From Candidatus Latescibacterota bacterium (GTDB lineage: Bacteria > Latescibacterota > UBA2968 > UBA8231): a DNA stretch of 64,000 nt. Positions 1 through 8,534 of this stretch are shown piece by piece (position 1 is the first letter of the stretch; each line of letters opens with the position of its first letter). Both the position numbers and the translations under genes were made by a program. The stretch spans positions 4,672,001 to 4,736,000 of the forward strand of contig CBDETY010000003.1 of assembly GCA_965243025.1 (NCBI GenBank). The letters run 5' to 3'. The notes under the pieces are model-generated. The model ran no database searches. It saw nothing but the letters and a program-made list of their open reading frames with translations, and was not told where the DNA came from.

Positions 1-1891
1 CGTCCTCGTCGGTGACGTCCTCGCACAGGCAGACGAAGCGTTTGCCGGAGCAGGACGGCAGCGGTGGCGGGGGTTCTCCGGAAGCGGCCGGTGGCAGCGT
101 CGCGGGAGATCGGGCCGCACCCGGCCCGGCGGCGGCAGATGCCGTAGGCGTCCCGCGTGGGGAAACGGAGCCCTGCCAGCGAGGAGATGAGGCGCGGTCA
201 GAAGCGCCTGCAAAGGAGGAGGCCGCGGCCCCGGCGGCGGCACCGTCGGCGGCCTGGGCTTCGACCCCTTCGACCCCGCGGCAGCGGCCGGCGTTGAAGA
301 GGCCGGCGGGCAGCTCTCCGAGCCGGAACTCCCCTGAAGCGTCGTCGAAGCGGCCGCGGGCCCCGGCCATGAACAGCAGCTCGTTGGCAGGGGCGAAGCG
401 CCCCCTGACGACGATGGAATCGCACGGGACCTCGAGCGTCGGGCCGGACCCGCTGGCGTTCCCGGCAGTTCCTCCGGCGGGCGAATCCGCTGATTCCGCC
501 GGCCTGGCGGCCCCTCCGGCAGCTCGGACGGCGTCGGGATCGGCTGCTTTCGCTGACCCGGCGGCGGCCCCTCGGGCAACTCCGGCGGCGGTCGGGCGGG
601 CTGCTTCTGATGACCCGGCGGCGACTGCTTCAACCTCCCCGGCTCCCGCTGCATCGGCGGCCGGATCCGCTGTTTCAACTGACGTTGCCGCGGCTGCGCC
701 AAGCCCCCCGGCTCCCGCAGCCTCGGCAGCCGGCCCGATGAGTGCGGCCTTCACCGATCCGCGGCCCCGCGCTCCGACGATCCTGCTGCCGAGGTGGACG
801 GCGGCACCCGCGGCCCGCAGGGCCGGCTCGAACTCGTTGGCAACCGCCTCTCTCTCGTCGACGAGGGCGGCGATCTCGACGCCGGCCTCACTCAGCTCGG
901 CGGCCAGCCGCCACCCCTCGTCGTCCCCCGCCTCGACGACGGTCCGCCTGCCGGGAAGCACCCCGTGCAGGTGCAGCAGCCGCTGCGCGGCGCCGGCGAG
1001 CAGGATGCCGGGCAGGTCGTTGCCGGCGAACAGCCCCGGGGATTCCACCGCACCGGCGGCGGCGACGATGGCGCGGGCGCGGACCTTCAGCAGCCGGTTC
1101 CCCCGGAACGCCGCCAGCCAGTTGTCCTGGTACCAGCCGACGACCGCGGTGTCGAGATGGAGGACGGCGTTTCCGGCGCGCTCGATCTCCGCCAGCGCGG
1201 TCTGCACTGCCTCATCGGCGGCGGCCATTCCACCGGGGCGGCAGCGCAGGTGTCCTCCCGCTTCGGGGTTCTCGTCGAACAGCAGCACCCGCGCCCCCTC
1301 CCGGGCCGCGGCCGCGGCCGCGGCGATTCCCGCGGGTCCGGCGCCGACCACGGCGACGTCGGCGTGCAGGTACTGCTTGTCCCCCTCACCGGGGACCGCC
1401 TCCTCGTCGACGCTGCCGAGCCCGGCGGCGCGGCGCAGCACGCGCTCGTAGAGCGGCCACAACCGCGCCGGCCTGATGAAGGTCTTGTAGTAGAAGCCGA
1501 CCGGCATGAGCGGCGCCCCGAGACCGGCGAGGGACATGAGGTCGCGGTCGAGCGAGGGCCAGGCGTTCTGGGAGCGCACCTCCATGCCCGCCTCGACCGG
1601 CCGCCGGCAGGCGCGCACGTTCGCTTCGCCGCCGATCTGCACCAGGCAGTTCGGGCAGTGGCCGGCGCAGCAGAGCAGGCCGCGGGGGCGGTGGTACTTG
1701 AACGAGCGGCTGAGCGTCTTCACCCCGGCGGCGGCCAGCGCCGAGCCGACGGTGTCGCCGGGATGGGCCCGGTGCTTCACCCCGTCGAAGGTGAACTCGA
1801 TCAGCCCGGAGCGGTCTATCGCCTCGCCGGGGCGGGCCTCCGGGCGGCGCAGGGGCCAGTCTCCGGGCTGCAGGGGATCAGCCATTTTCAT
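1..1891 (-). CDS. soxA: Sarcosine oxidase alpha-subunit-like protein (2Fe-2S-like N-terminus plus FAD/NAD domain), 3'-truncated by the window edge
   Basis: Not in the ORF track because it runs off the left end. Manual minus-strand translation gives MKMADP...IDRSGLIEFTFDG...GDTVGSAL...SRSFKYHRPRGLLCCAGHCPNCLV...GFYYKTF...DVAVVGAGPAG...GNDLPG...KRFVCLCEDVT. No in-frame stop found. Follows soxB-soxD; start at 1891 or 1885. Confidence 0.88.
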   Translation of the reverse strand, partial: MKMADPLQPGDWPLRRPEARPGEAIDRSGLIEFTFDGVKHRAHPGDTVGSALAAAGVKTLSRSFKYHRPRGLLCCAGHCPNCLVQIGGEANVRACRRPVEAGMEVRSQNAWPSLDRDLMSLAGLGAPLMPVGFYYKTFIRPARLWPLYERVLRRAAGLGSVDEEAVPGEGDKQYLHADVAVVGAGPAGIAAAAAAAREGARVLLFDENPEAGGHLRCRPGGMAAADEAVQTALAEIERAGNAVLHLDTAVVGWYQDNWLAAFRGNRLLKVRARAIVAAAGAVESPGLFAGNDLPGILLAGAAQRLLHLHGVLPGRRTVVEAGDDEGWRLAAELSEAGVEIAALVDEREAVANEFEPALRAAGAAVHLGSRIVGARGRGSVKAALIGPAAEAAGAGGLGAAAATSVETADPAADAAGAGEVEAVAAGSSEAARPTAAGVARGAAAGSAKAADPDAVRAAGGAARPAESADSPAGGTAGNASGSGPTLEVPCDSIVVRGRFAPANELLFMAGARGRFDDASGEFRLGELPAGLFNAGRCRGVEGVEAQAADGAAAGAAASSFAGASDRASSPRWQGSVSPRGTPTASAAAGPGAARSPATLPPAASGEPPPPLPSCSGKRFVCLCEDVTDED

Positions 1892-2153
1892 CCTCCGAAG
1901 GCCGCCATTCCCAGGCGCGGATCACCTCGTTGCTCCCGCGGTCGCGCTCGATCAGGAACCACAGGCCGCACCCGGACGCGTGCAGCCACCACTCGGTCTG
2001 CGGGCCCATCGGGTTGGCGCGCAGGTAGAGATAGCGGATCCACTCCTCATCCGGGGTTTCCTGCGGCCGGGACGGCCTCGGGTGGCTCTCGCCGCCGTAG
2101 CGGAACTCGCTGGCGTTGCGCTCGCCGCAGTTGGGGCAGGGAATCAGCAGCAT
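1878..2153 (-). CDS. soxD: Sarcosine oxidase delta subunit
   Basis: MLLIPCPNCGER..EFRYGG...EWWLHASGCGLWF..RD Zn-binding signature; located between soxB and soxA. Confidence 0.92.
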   Translation of the reverse strand: MLLIPCPNCGERNASEFRYGGESHPRPSRPQETPDEEWIRYLYLRANPMGPQTEWWLHASGCGLWFLIERDRGSNEVIRAWEWRPSEDENG

Positions 2154-2157
2154 CGCG

Positions 2158-3396
2158 TCAATGGCCTACCGAGGCCGCCCCTTTCTCGCCGACCTGGTCG
2201 AACTCGGAGAAGCGGGACAGCCGGAACGGGGCGATCAGCTCCGGGGTGCGCTTCGTTGCGATCAGCTCGGCCATGGTCCTGCCGCAGATCGGGGATGCCT
2301 TGAAGCCGTAGGTCCCCCAGCCGACGTCGAGGAGGAAGCCGTCTACCGGGGTGACCCCCATCAGGGGGCTGAAGTCCGGCGGCATCTCGCACAGCCCCGC
2401 CCACTGGCGCAGCACCTTGACCTCGCCGAGGAAGGGGAACAGCTCCAGCACGTGGCCGGCGATCCCCTCGAGGAAATCGAGGGAAGAGTCGACGGAGTAG
2501 GAGGTGAACGGGTCGATGCTTGCCCCCATCACCAGCTCGCCGCGGTCGGACTGGCTGACGTACACGTGCAGGCTGCCCGAGACCACGACGACGTCGAGAA
2601 ACGGTTTCAGCGGCTCGGTGACGCAGGCCTGCAGGGGGAAGGTCTCCATCGGCAGCTCGAGGCCGACCATGCGGGCTATGTTGGAACCCCAGCCCGCGGT
2701 GGCGTTGAGCACCGTTTCCGCCTCGACGAAGCCGCGGTTGGTGTGCACCCCGGCGACGGCTCCGTTGCGCACCTCGATGCCGGTGACCTCGGTCTGCTGG
2801 TGGATGTGCACGCCGCGCCTGTCGGCGTGGTGGGCGAACCCCCAGACCACGGCGTCGTGGCGGATGATGCCCCCCGGCGGGTGGTAGAGGGCGGCGAGTA
2901 CGGGGAAGCGCGGATGGTCGCTGAGGTCGAGCTGGGGGCATAGCCTGGAGAGCTCGTCGGGCCAGACGAGACGGGAGTCGACCCCCTCGAGGCGGTTTAC
3001 TTCGGCACGACGCCGCATCGTCCGCACCGAGCCGTCGTTGTGGGCGAGGGTGAGGTGGCCGCGCTGCGAAAACATGACGTTGAAATCGAGCTCGACCGAC
3101 AGCTTCTCGTACAGCTTGACGCTGCGGTCGTAGAAGCGCACCCCTTCCGAAGTCAGGTAGTTCGAGCGGATGATGGCTGTGTTGCGGCCGCTGCCCCCCG
3201 AGCCGATGTAGCTCTTCTCCAGCACCGCGACGTCGGTGATCCCGTGCTCCTTGGCCAGGTAGTAGGCGCAGGCCAGACCGTGGGCGCCGCCGCCGATGAT
3301 GACGGCGTCGTAGCGGCGCTCCAGGTCGCGGGACCGCCACATGCGTCCGGCGGGCCTGCCCCCGTTCAGGGCCTGACGGATCAGCTTGAGGGACAT
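2158..3396 (-). CDS. soxB: Sarcosine oxidase beta subunit (FAD-dependent oxidoreductase)
   Basis: Motifs IIGGGAHGLACAYYLAKEHG, GSGGSGRNTAIIRSNY, HDAVVWGFA, GWGTYGFKASP, and C-terminal EKGAASVGH. Confidence 0.93.
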   Translation of the reverse strand: MSLKLIRQALNGGRPAGRMWRSRDLERRYDAVIIGGGAHGLACAYYLAKEHGITDVAVLEKSYIGSGGSGRNTAIIRSNYLTSEGVRFYDRSVKLYEKLSVELDFNVMFSQRGHLTLAHNDGSVRTMRRRAEVNRLEGVDSRLVWPDELSRLCPQLDLSDHPRFPVLAALYHPPGGIIRHDAVVWGFAHHADRRGVHIHQQTEVTGIEVRNGAVAGVHTNRGFVEAETVLNATAGWGSNIARMVGLELPMETFPLQACVTEPLKPFLDVVVVSGSLHVYVSQSDRGELVMGASIDPFTSYSVDSSLDFLEGIAGHVLELFPFLGEVKVLRQWAGLCEMPPDFSPLMGVTPVDGFLLDVGWGTYGFKASPICGRTMAELIATKRTPELIAPFRLSRFSEFDQVGEKGAASVGH

Positions 3397-3636
3397 TTGT
3401 GCGGGACCCGCGAGGCGGGCGGGGTGAACGCAGGGGTGCGCAGGGGAGACTTGCCGGCGGAGTTCAATGGTGTGCGGTGGAGAGAGGTTTTCGAGGCCCC
3501 CGGTCAGGGCGGCAGGGAACTACCGATGGTAGGCCACCGGCGGGGACTCATCAAGGCGCGAAACCGGTTTCCCGCGCCGGCGGAATTGCCGGCAGGCGGG
3601 GTATTTGCCTAGTGTTGCTGCGATGGGACGGCGCTC

Positions 3637-5451
3637 GTGAAAAACCTCGGATCCTTTATCCGGCTGCTCGAGAGAGAAGGGGAACTGGCGCGGGTCGAAG
3701 CCCCGGTCGACTCCGACCTCGAGCTCGCCGAAATCCATCGCCGCGTCATCGCCGCGGGGGGACCGGCGCTGCTGTTCGAGCGCGTCGAAGGGGCGGACTT
3801 CCCCGCGGTCACCAACCTTTTCGGCACCTCCCGCCGGGTCGACCTGGCGTTCGGGCCGCGGCCTGAGCGCTTCCTGAGAGAGCTGGTCGAGGTGGCCCAC
3901 CAGCTATCCTCGCTGGCACCGCGCAAGCTCTGGGGCCACCGCGGGCTGGCGCGGGAAGCGATGCGGCTCGGCCTGCGCACCGTCCGCGGCGGCCCGGTCC
4001 TCGAATGCCGGCAGGCCGCCCCCGACCTGCGCCGCCTGCCGCTGATCAAGACCTGGCCCGAGGACGGCGGCCACTTCATCACCCTGCCGCTGGTCTACAC
4101 CGAGCACCCGGACAGCGGCCAGCACAACCTCGGCATCTACCGCATTCAGCGTCACGACCCGCGCACCCTCGGGGTGCACTGGCAGATCCAGAAGGGGGGC
4201 GGGTTCCACTACCACGTCGCCGAGCAACGGGATGAAGCCCTGCCGCTGGCGATCTTCGTCGGCGGGCCGCCGGCGCTGATCCTGTCCGCCATCGCGCCGC
4301 TGCCCGAGGGGATGCCGGAGCTGGTGCTCGCCTCCCTGCTGCAGGGCGGCAAGCTCCAGCGCGTGCGCGACCCCGGCGGTCCGCTGCCCCTGCTCGCCGA
4401 GGCGGAGTTCGCCGTCACCGGCAGGGTGCCGCCGCACCGGCGCCTGCCCGAGGGGCCTTTCGGCGACCATTTCGGGTACTACTCGCTGCGCCACGACTAC
4501 CCCTTCCTCGAGGTCGGAAACGTCTACCACCGGCGAGGCGCCGTCTTCCCCGCCACCGTCGTCGGCAAGCCGCCGCAGGAGGACCTCTACCTCGGCAACT
4601 ACATCCAGAAGCTGATGGAGCCGTTGACCGGCCTCGTCATGCCGGCGATCAAGGGGATCTGGAGCTACGGCGAGACCGGCTACCACTGCCTGTCGAGCAT
4701 CCTCGTCGAGGAACGCTACCCCCGCGAGGCGATGAAGTTCGCCTTCCGCATCTTCGGCGAGGACGGAGGGCAGCTGGCGCTGACCAAGTTCCTGGTCGTC
4801 CTCGACGGGGCCGGCGTCGAGCTGCGGGACTTCCGCCAGGTGCTGGAGCACGTGCTGGCGCGCGCCCGGTTCGAGACCGACCTGTTCGTCATCGCCAACC
4901 TCGCCATGGACACCCTCGACTACTCGGGGCCGGCGGTGAACGAGGGCAGCAAGGGGATCCTGCTGGGCGTCGGGGAGCCGCACCGCACCCTGCCGGCGGA
5001 GTTCGCCGGACCGCTGCCGGCCGGGGCCGCGGACGCGCAGCCGTACTGCGCCGGATGCCTGGCGGTCGCCGGTCCGGGGTACGCCGCCGACCCGGACTAC
5101 GGGCAGCGGCTGGCAGCCGATCCCGCGGTTGCGGAATGGCCGCTGATCTTCCTCGCCGACGACGCCGGGATCGTCGCCAGCAACGTCCGCTTTCTGTGGA
5201 CGGCGTTCACCCGCTTCGAGCCGGCGGCCGACGTCAGCGCCGCCGGGGTCCGCCTGCACCGGCACCACCCCTGCTTCACCGCTCCCGTGGTCTTCGACTG
5301 CCGCCTCAAGCCCGGATTCCCCGACGAGCTGGTGGCCGACGAGGAGATCACGCGGCGGGTGACCTCCCGCTGGGACGAGTACTTTCCCGGGGGGGGCGTC
5401 GAGGGGGAGGAGGACCGGTTCGGGTACGGGGGATTCCGGCGCCTGGACTGA
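3637..5451 (+). CDS. UbiD-family (prenyl-FMN-dependent) decarboxylase, long form
   Basis: Motifs N-terminal GELARVEAPVDSDLELAEI, WPEDGGHFITLPLV, NLGIYR, EGPFGDHFGYY, ATVVGKPPQED; GTG start. Confidence 0.9.
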   Translation: MKNLGSFIRLLEREGELARVEAPVDSDLELAEIHRRVIAAGGPALLFERVEGADFPAVTNLFGTSRRVDLAFGPRPERFLRELVEVAHQLSSLAPRKLWGHRGLAREAMRLGLRTVRGGPVLECRQAAPDLRRLPLIKTWPEDGGHFITLPLVYTEHPDSGQHNLGIYRIQRHDPRTLGVHWQIQKGGGFHYHVAEQRDEALPLAIFVGGPPALILSAIAPLPEGMPELVLASLLQGGKLQRVRDPGGPLPLLAEAEFAVTGRVPPHRRLPEGPFGDHFGYYSLRHDYPFLEVGNVYHRRGAVFPATVVGKPPQEDLYLGNYIQKLMEPLTGLVMPAIKGIWSYGETGYHCLSSILVEERYPREAMKFAFRIFGEDGGQLALTKFLVVLDGAGVELRDFRQVLEHVLARARFETDLFVIANLAMDTLDYSGPAVNEGSKGILLGVGEPHRTLPAEFAGPLPAGAADAQPYCAGCLAVAGPGYAADPDYGQRLAADPAVAEWPLIFLADDAGIVASNVRFLWTAFTRFEPAADVSAAGVRLHRHHPCFTAPVVFDCRLKPGFPDELVADEEITRRVTSRWDEYFPGGGVEGEEDRFGYGGFRRLD

Positions 5452-5577
5452 GAGGCGAGGCTGTCAACTCGAGGTTCAGGCCAATTCGTTCAACGATTCT
5501 GTTGTCAACGGATTTGTTGAAAAGGGGCCGCGGTCGAGCTGCCATTGACTGAGCAGGCAGGGGTCAAACCCGGCTTC

Positions 5578-6372
5578 TCAACTCGTCCCCCACAGCTCGG
5601 GGCGGAACTCTACGGCCTTGACCGCCTTGGCCCTGCCGTTCTCTTCCTCCAGCTCGAACTCGATCGTGGTGCCGCGCGTCTTGAACTGGGCGAACAGGGC
5701 GTTGGTCACCGCGCCGCCCTTCACCGTCTGCAGATCGGAGATGTGCAGGAAGACATCCTCGCGCACGCTGTCGAGCTCCATGCCGGTCCGCACCGTGAGG
5801 AAGCCGAACCCCTTTTCCTCGTTGACCATGTGCAGGATCCCCCTGACGCGCCGGTCGGGGCCGCGGTCGTCGGGAAGGATCCCGGGCACCAGGTAGCCGG
5901 AGAAGTGGTTGTCCACCTCCTGGCGCAGGTCCCTGCTGGTGTTCATGAACGACAGCAGATCGACCCGCTTGCCCCTGTTCTGCAAGGCCCGCACGAGGCG
6001 CACGAAGTCGCCGTCGCCGCTGCCGAGCAGCACGTAGTCGAGGTTGGCCGACTGCAGCAGGGCGTCCACGGCCAGCTCGAGGTCGGCGTTGGCCTTGATG
6101 ATGACCTGGCCCTCCGGATCGCGGTACTGCTTCACCTCCTTGAGCACCAAGTGGAATCCTTCCCGCCGCACCCGGGTGCGGTACTCCTCCCTCCTCTGTT
6201 GGTACTCCATGTCCACGCTTTCGCGCTCGCTGTTGATCGCCATGTAGGCATTGGCCCGCAGGACCATCCCCCCCTGGCCCTCGACCAGGGCCCTGACCTG
6301 GCGGAACTGGAGGGCGTAGCCCCCGCAGCGGCTCAGGTTGTCCATGTCGAGGAAAATCCCGGCTTTCAGCAC
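5578..6372 (-). CDS. NYN (LabA/DUF88, PIN-like) domain protein fused to a C-terminal cold-shock (CSD/OB) domain
   Basis: NYN motifs IFLDMDNL...KANADLELAVD...LGSGDGDFVRLVRALQNRGKRV, then CSD motifs NEEKGFGFL...DVFLHISDL...RAKAVKA. GTG start at 6372 preceded by AAAGGAAG. Confidence 0.85.
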   Translation of the reverse strand: MLKAGIFLDMDNLSRCGGYALQFRQVRALVEGQGGMVLRANAYMAINSERESVDMEYQQRREEYRTRVRREGFHLVLKEVKQYRDPEGQVIIKANADLELAVDALLQSANLDYVLLGSGDGDFVRLVRALQNRGKRVDLLSFMNTSRDLRQEVDNHFSGYLVPGILPDDRGPDRRVRGILHMVNEEKGFGFLTVRTGMELDSVREDVFLHISDLQTVKGGAVTNALFAQFKTRGTTIEFELEEENGRAKAVKAVEFRPELWGTS

Positions 6373-6643
6373 TGCTCTTCCTTTCGGCTTCGATGGCCTG
6401 CGCACGGTTGAGGGCGCACCGCAGTCCTTTCCGGACGCCCGCTTCGTTCTTGAACCCGGTCTTCCGGATACGTTAAGATATGCCGCTGTCCGGCGCTGTT
6501 CGGTCCCGGTCCAACACCGAACCGAACCTCTGGCCGTCCTCGGTCCCCCCGCCCCGGCCGGCCCCTGAACGCCAGCCCTGCCGGACACCTGAAGCGGTGA
6601 AACGGCCGGGCTCCAGGTCCCGAATCAAGAGCGAGGAAATAAC

Positions 6644-7648
6644 ATGACATCCCCCTCCCTGCTGAACGCCGCGGTGATCGGCTGCGGCGGCCACGCCCAG
6701 GGCCACTTCCGGATGATCGCCGACGAACCCCGGCTGCACCTGAAGGCTATCGCCGAGATCGACCCCGAGCGGCTGCGCCGGAACAACGAAGAGCACGGTC
6801 CCGAAGCCGCCTTTACCGATTACCGGCAAATGCTCGACGAGTGCGACCTCGACGTCGTCCACGTCGTCACCATGCCGGGGCACCTGCTGCCGATCGTCAC
6901 CGACTGCCTCGAACGCGGCCTCCATGTCTCGGTCGAGAAATCGCCCGGCATGAACAGCGCCGAAACCGAGGCGATGGCCGCGGCGGCGCGCGCCTCTGGC
7001 GGCGTGGCGATGGTCTCATTCAACCGCCGCTACTTCCCGGAGGTGCTCGCCGTGCGCCGGCTGGTTCAGGAACGGGGCGGCGCCGTCCACTGCTCCGGGA
7101 CCTACAACAAACCGGTGACCCCGCTCGGTTACGGCGACATGGCCGCGACCACCCCGCCGGCGCTGGTCTGCGACGCCATCCATCACGTCGACCTGATCCG
7201 CTGGCTCGCCGGCGCGAGCCCGGAGAGCGCCGCGGTTCCGACCGCCGTGCACGCCTCGACCAACCACGGCCCCCGGGAAGGCTGCGACCGCCACAACGGC
7301 GTCGTCCACTTCGACACCGGGGCCATCGGGGTGATGATGAGCCATTACGGCGTCGGCTTCCGCATTCAGCGCGCCGAGGTCCACGCCGAGGATTTTTCCG
7401 CCTACCTCGACATGACGCGGGGTCCCCGCATCGAGCTGTACGAGGCAAGCTCCGGGAACGGACGGTTCAGGGGCGAGCCCATGGGGGACCTCGACCTCGA
7501 GGCGGTGGGCGGGCCCGGATTCAACGAGACCACCCACTTCGTCGACTGCATCCTCGGCGGCACCGAGCCCTGGTCGACACTGGACGACGCGGTGCACACC
7601 ATGCGCCTTTGCGAGGCGATCCTGCGCGGCCACCAGGGCGCGCTGTGA
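6644..7648 (+). CDS. Gfo/Idh/MocA family oxidoreductase
   Basis: VIGCGG Rossmann start, EKSP motif, FNRRY, DAIHHVD; GAGG RBS upstream. Confidence 0.88.
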   Translation: MTSPSLLNAAVIGCGGHAQGHFRMIADEPRLHLKAIAEIDPERLRRNNEEHGPEAAFTDYRQMLDECDLDVVHVVTMPGHLLPIVTDCLERGLHVSVEKSPGMNSAETEAMAAAARASGGVAMVSFNRRYFPEVLAVRRLVQERGGAVHCSGTYNKPVTPLGYGDMAATTPPALVCDAIHHVDLIRWLAGASPESAAVPTAVHASTNHGPREGCDRHNGVVHFDTGAIGVMMSHYGVGFRIQRAEVHAEDFSAYLDMTRGPRIELYEASSGNGRFRGEPMGDLDLEAVGGPGFNETTHFVDCILGGTEPWSTLDDAVHTMRLCEAILRGHQGAL

Positions 7649-7673
7649 ACCATTCACCCTGGGAGTCTGCAAC

Positions 7674-8534
7674 GTGAAGCTGAGCCTGTCCGTGCGCGTC
7701 GCCGAGAGCTTCGGCGACAAGACCAGGGCCGACATGACCCTGGAGGGGCTGGCCGGCCTCGCCCTGACCCACGGCTACCACGCCCTGTGCATGCGCGCCT
7801 CGCAGCTGGGAATCCAATCCGCCGCCGAACAGGTGCGGGCGGCGCGCGCCATGCTGGACGGCAACGGCCTCGCCGTGTCGATGGTCACCGGCGATTTCCC
7901 GATCCCGCAGAACAGCGACGCCGAAGGACCGCAGGCGCTGCGCAACATCACCCCCTACCTCGACCTCGCCGAGGGGCTGGGGGCCGACCTGCTGCGCATC
8001 TGCATGAAAACCGGGGCCGACATCCCCCATGCCCGCAGCGCCTGCGACGAGGCGGCCGAGCGCGGCATGCGCCTCGCCCACCAGTGCCACACCAGCAGCC
8101 TGTTCGAGGAGGTCGAGCGCTCCCTCGAGGTGGTGCGGCAGGTCGGCAGGCCCAACTTCGGGATCATCTACGAGCCGGTGAACCTCGATGCCTGCGGCCA
8201 GGATTACGGGCGGGAGACGATTGAGCGGTTCGCCCCCCACCTCTTCAACGTCTACCTGCAGAACCACGTCGAGAACCCGCAGGGAGAGGGAAGGCTCAAC
8301 ACCTGGTGCCGGGGCCCAGTCCGCTTCGACCACATCCCGGTCTGGGAGCCGGGGGGCATGGACTTCCCCGGGGTTTTCGCCGCCCTGCGGGAGATCGGCT
8401 ACGACGGTTACGTCACCATCCACCAGGCCTTCGCCGGTCTGCGCGGGCCCGCCGAAGCCGCCGAGCGCAGCGCCGCCTACCTGCGTTCGCTGGCGCCGTT
8501 CGAGGACCCCCTCCCCGGAGGGACCTCCCCGTGA
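7674..8534 (+). CDS. Sugar-phosphate isomerase/epimerase (xylose-isomerase-like TIM barrel)
   Basis: Motifs VGRPNFGIIYEPVN and ALREIGYDGYVTIH; operonic with the oxidoreductase and amidase. Confidence 0.78.
   Translation: MKLSLSVRVAESFGDKTRADMTLEGLAGLALTHGYHALCMRASQLGIQSAAEQVRAARAMLDGNGLAVSMVTGDFPIPQNSDAEGPQALRNITPYLDLAEGLGADLLRICMKTGADIPHARSACDEAAERGMRLAHQCHTSSLFEEVERSLEVVRQVGRPNFGIIYEPVNLDACGQDYGRETIERFAPHLFNVYLQNHVENPQGEGRLNTWCRGPVRFDHIPVWEPGGMDFPGVFAALREIGYDGYVTIHQAFAGLRGPAEAAERSAAYLRSLAPFEDPLPGGTSP

Noticed and set aside
12-2311. Long plus-strand ORFs 12..1451 and 794..2311
   Set aside because: Antisense shadows of the minus-strand soxA-like gene, with low-complexity translations typical of high-GC DNA.
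3410-3490. GGGCGGGGTGAA...GGAGAGAG upstream of ubiD, resembling the ends of an FMN riboswitch
   Set aside because: The conserved core (TTCCCGACCGGCGG, CCGACGG, AGTCCGGATG) is absent. No glycine riboswitch motifs are present on the soxB strand either.
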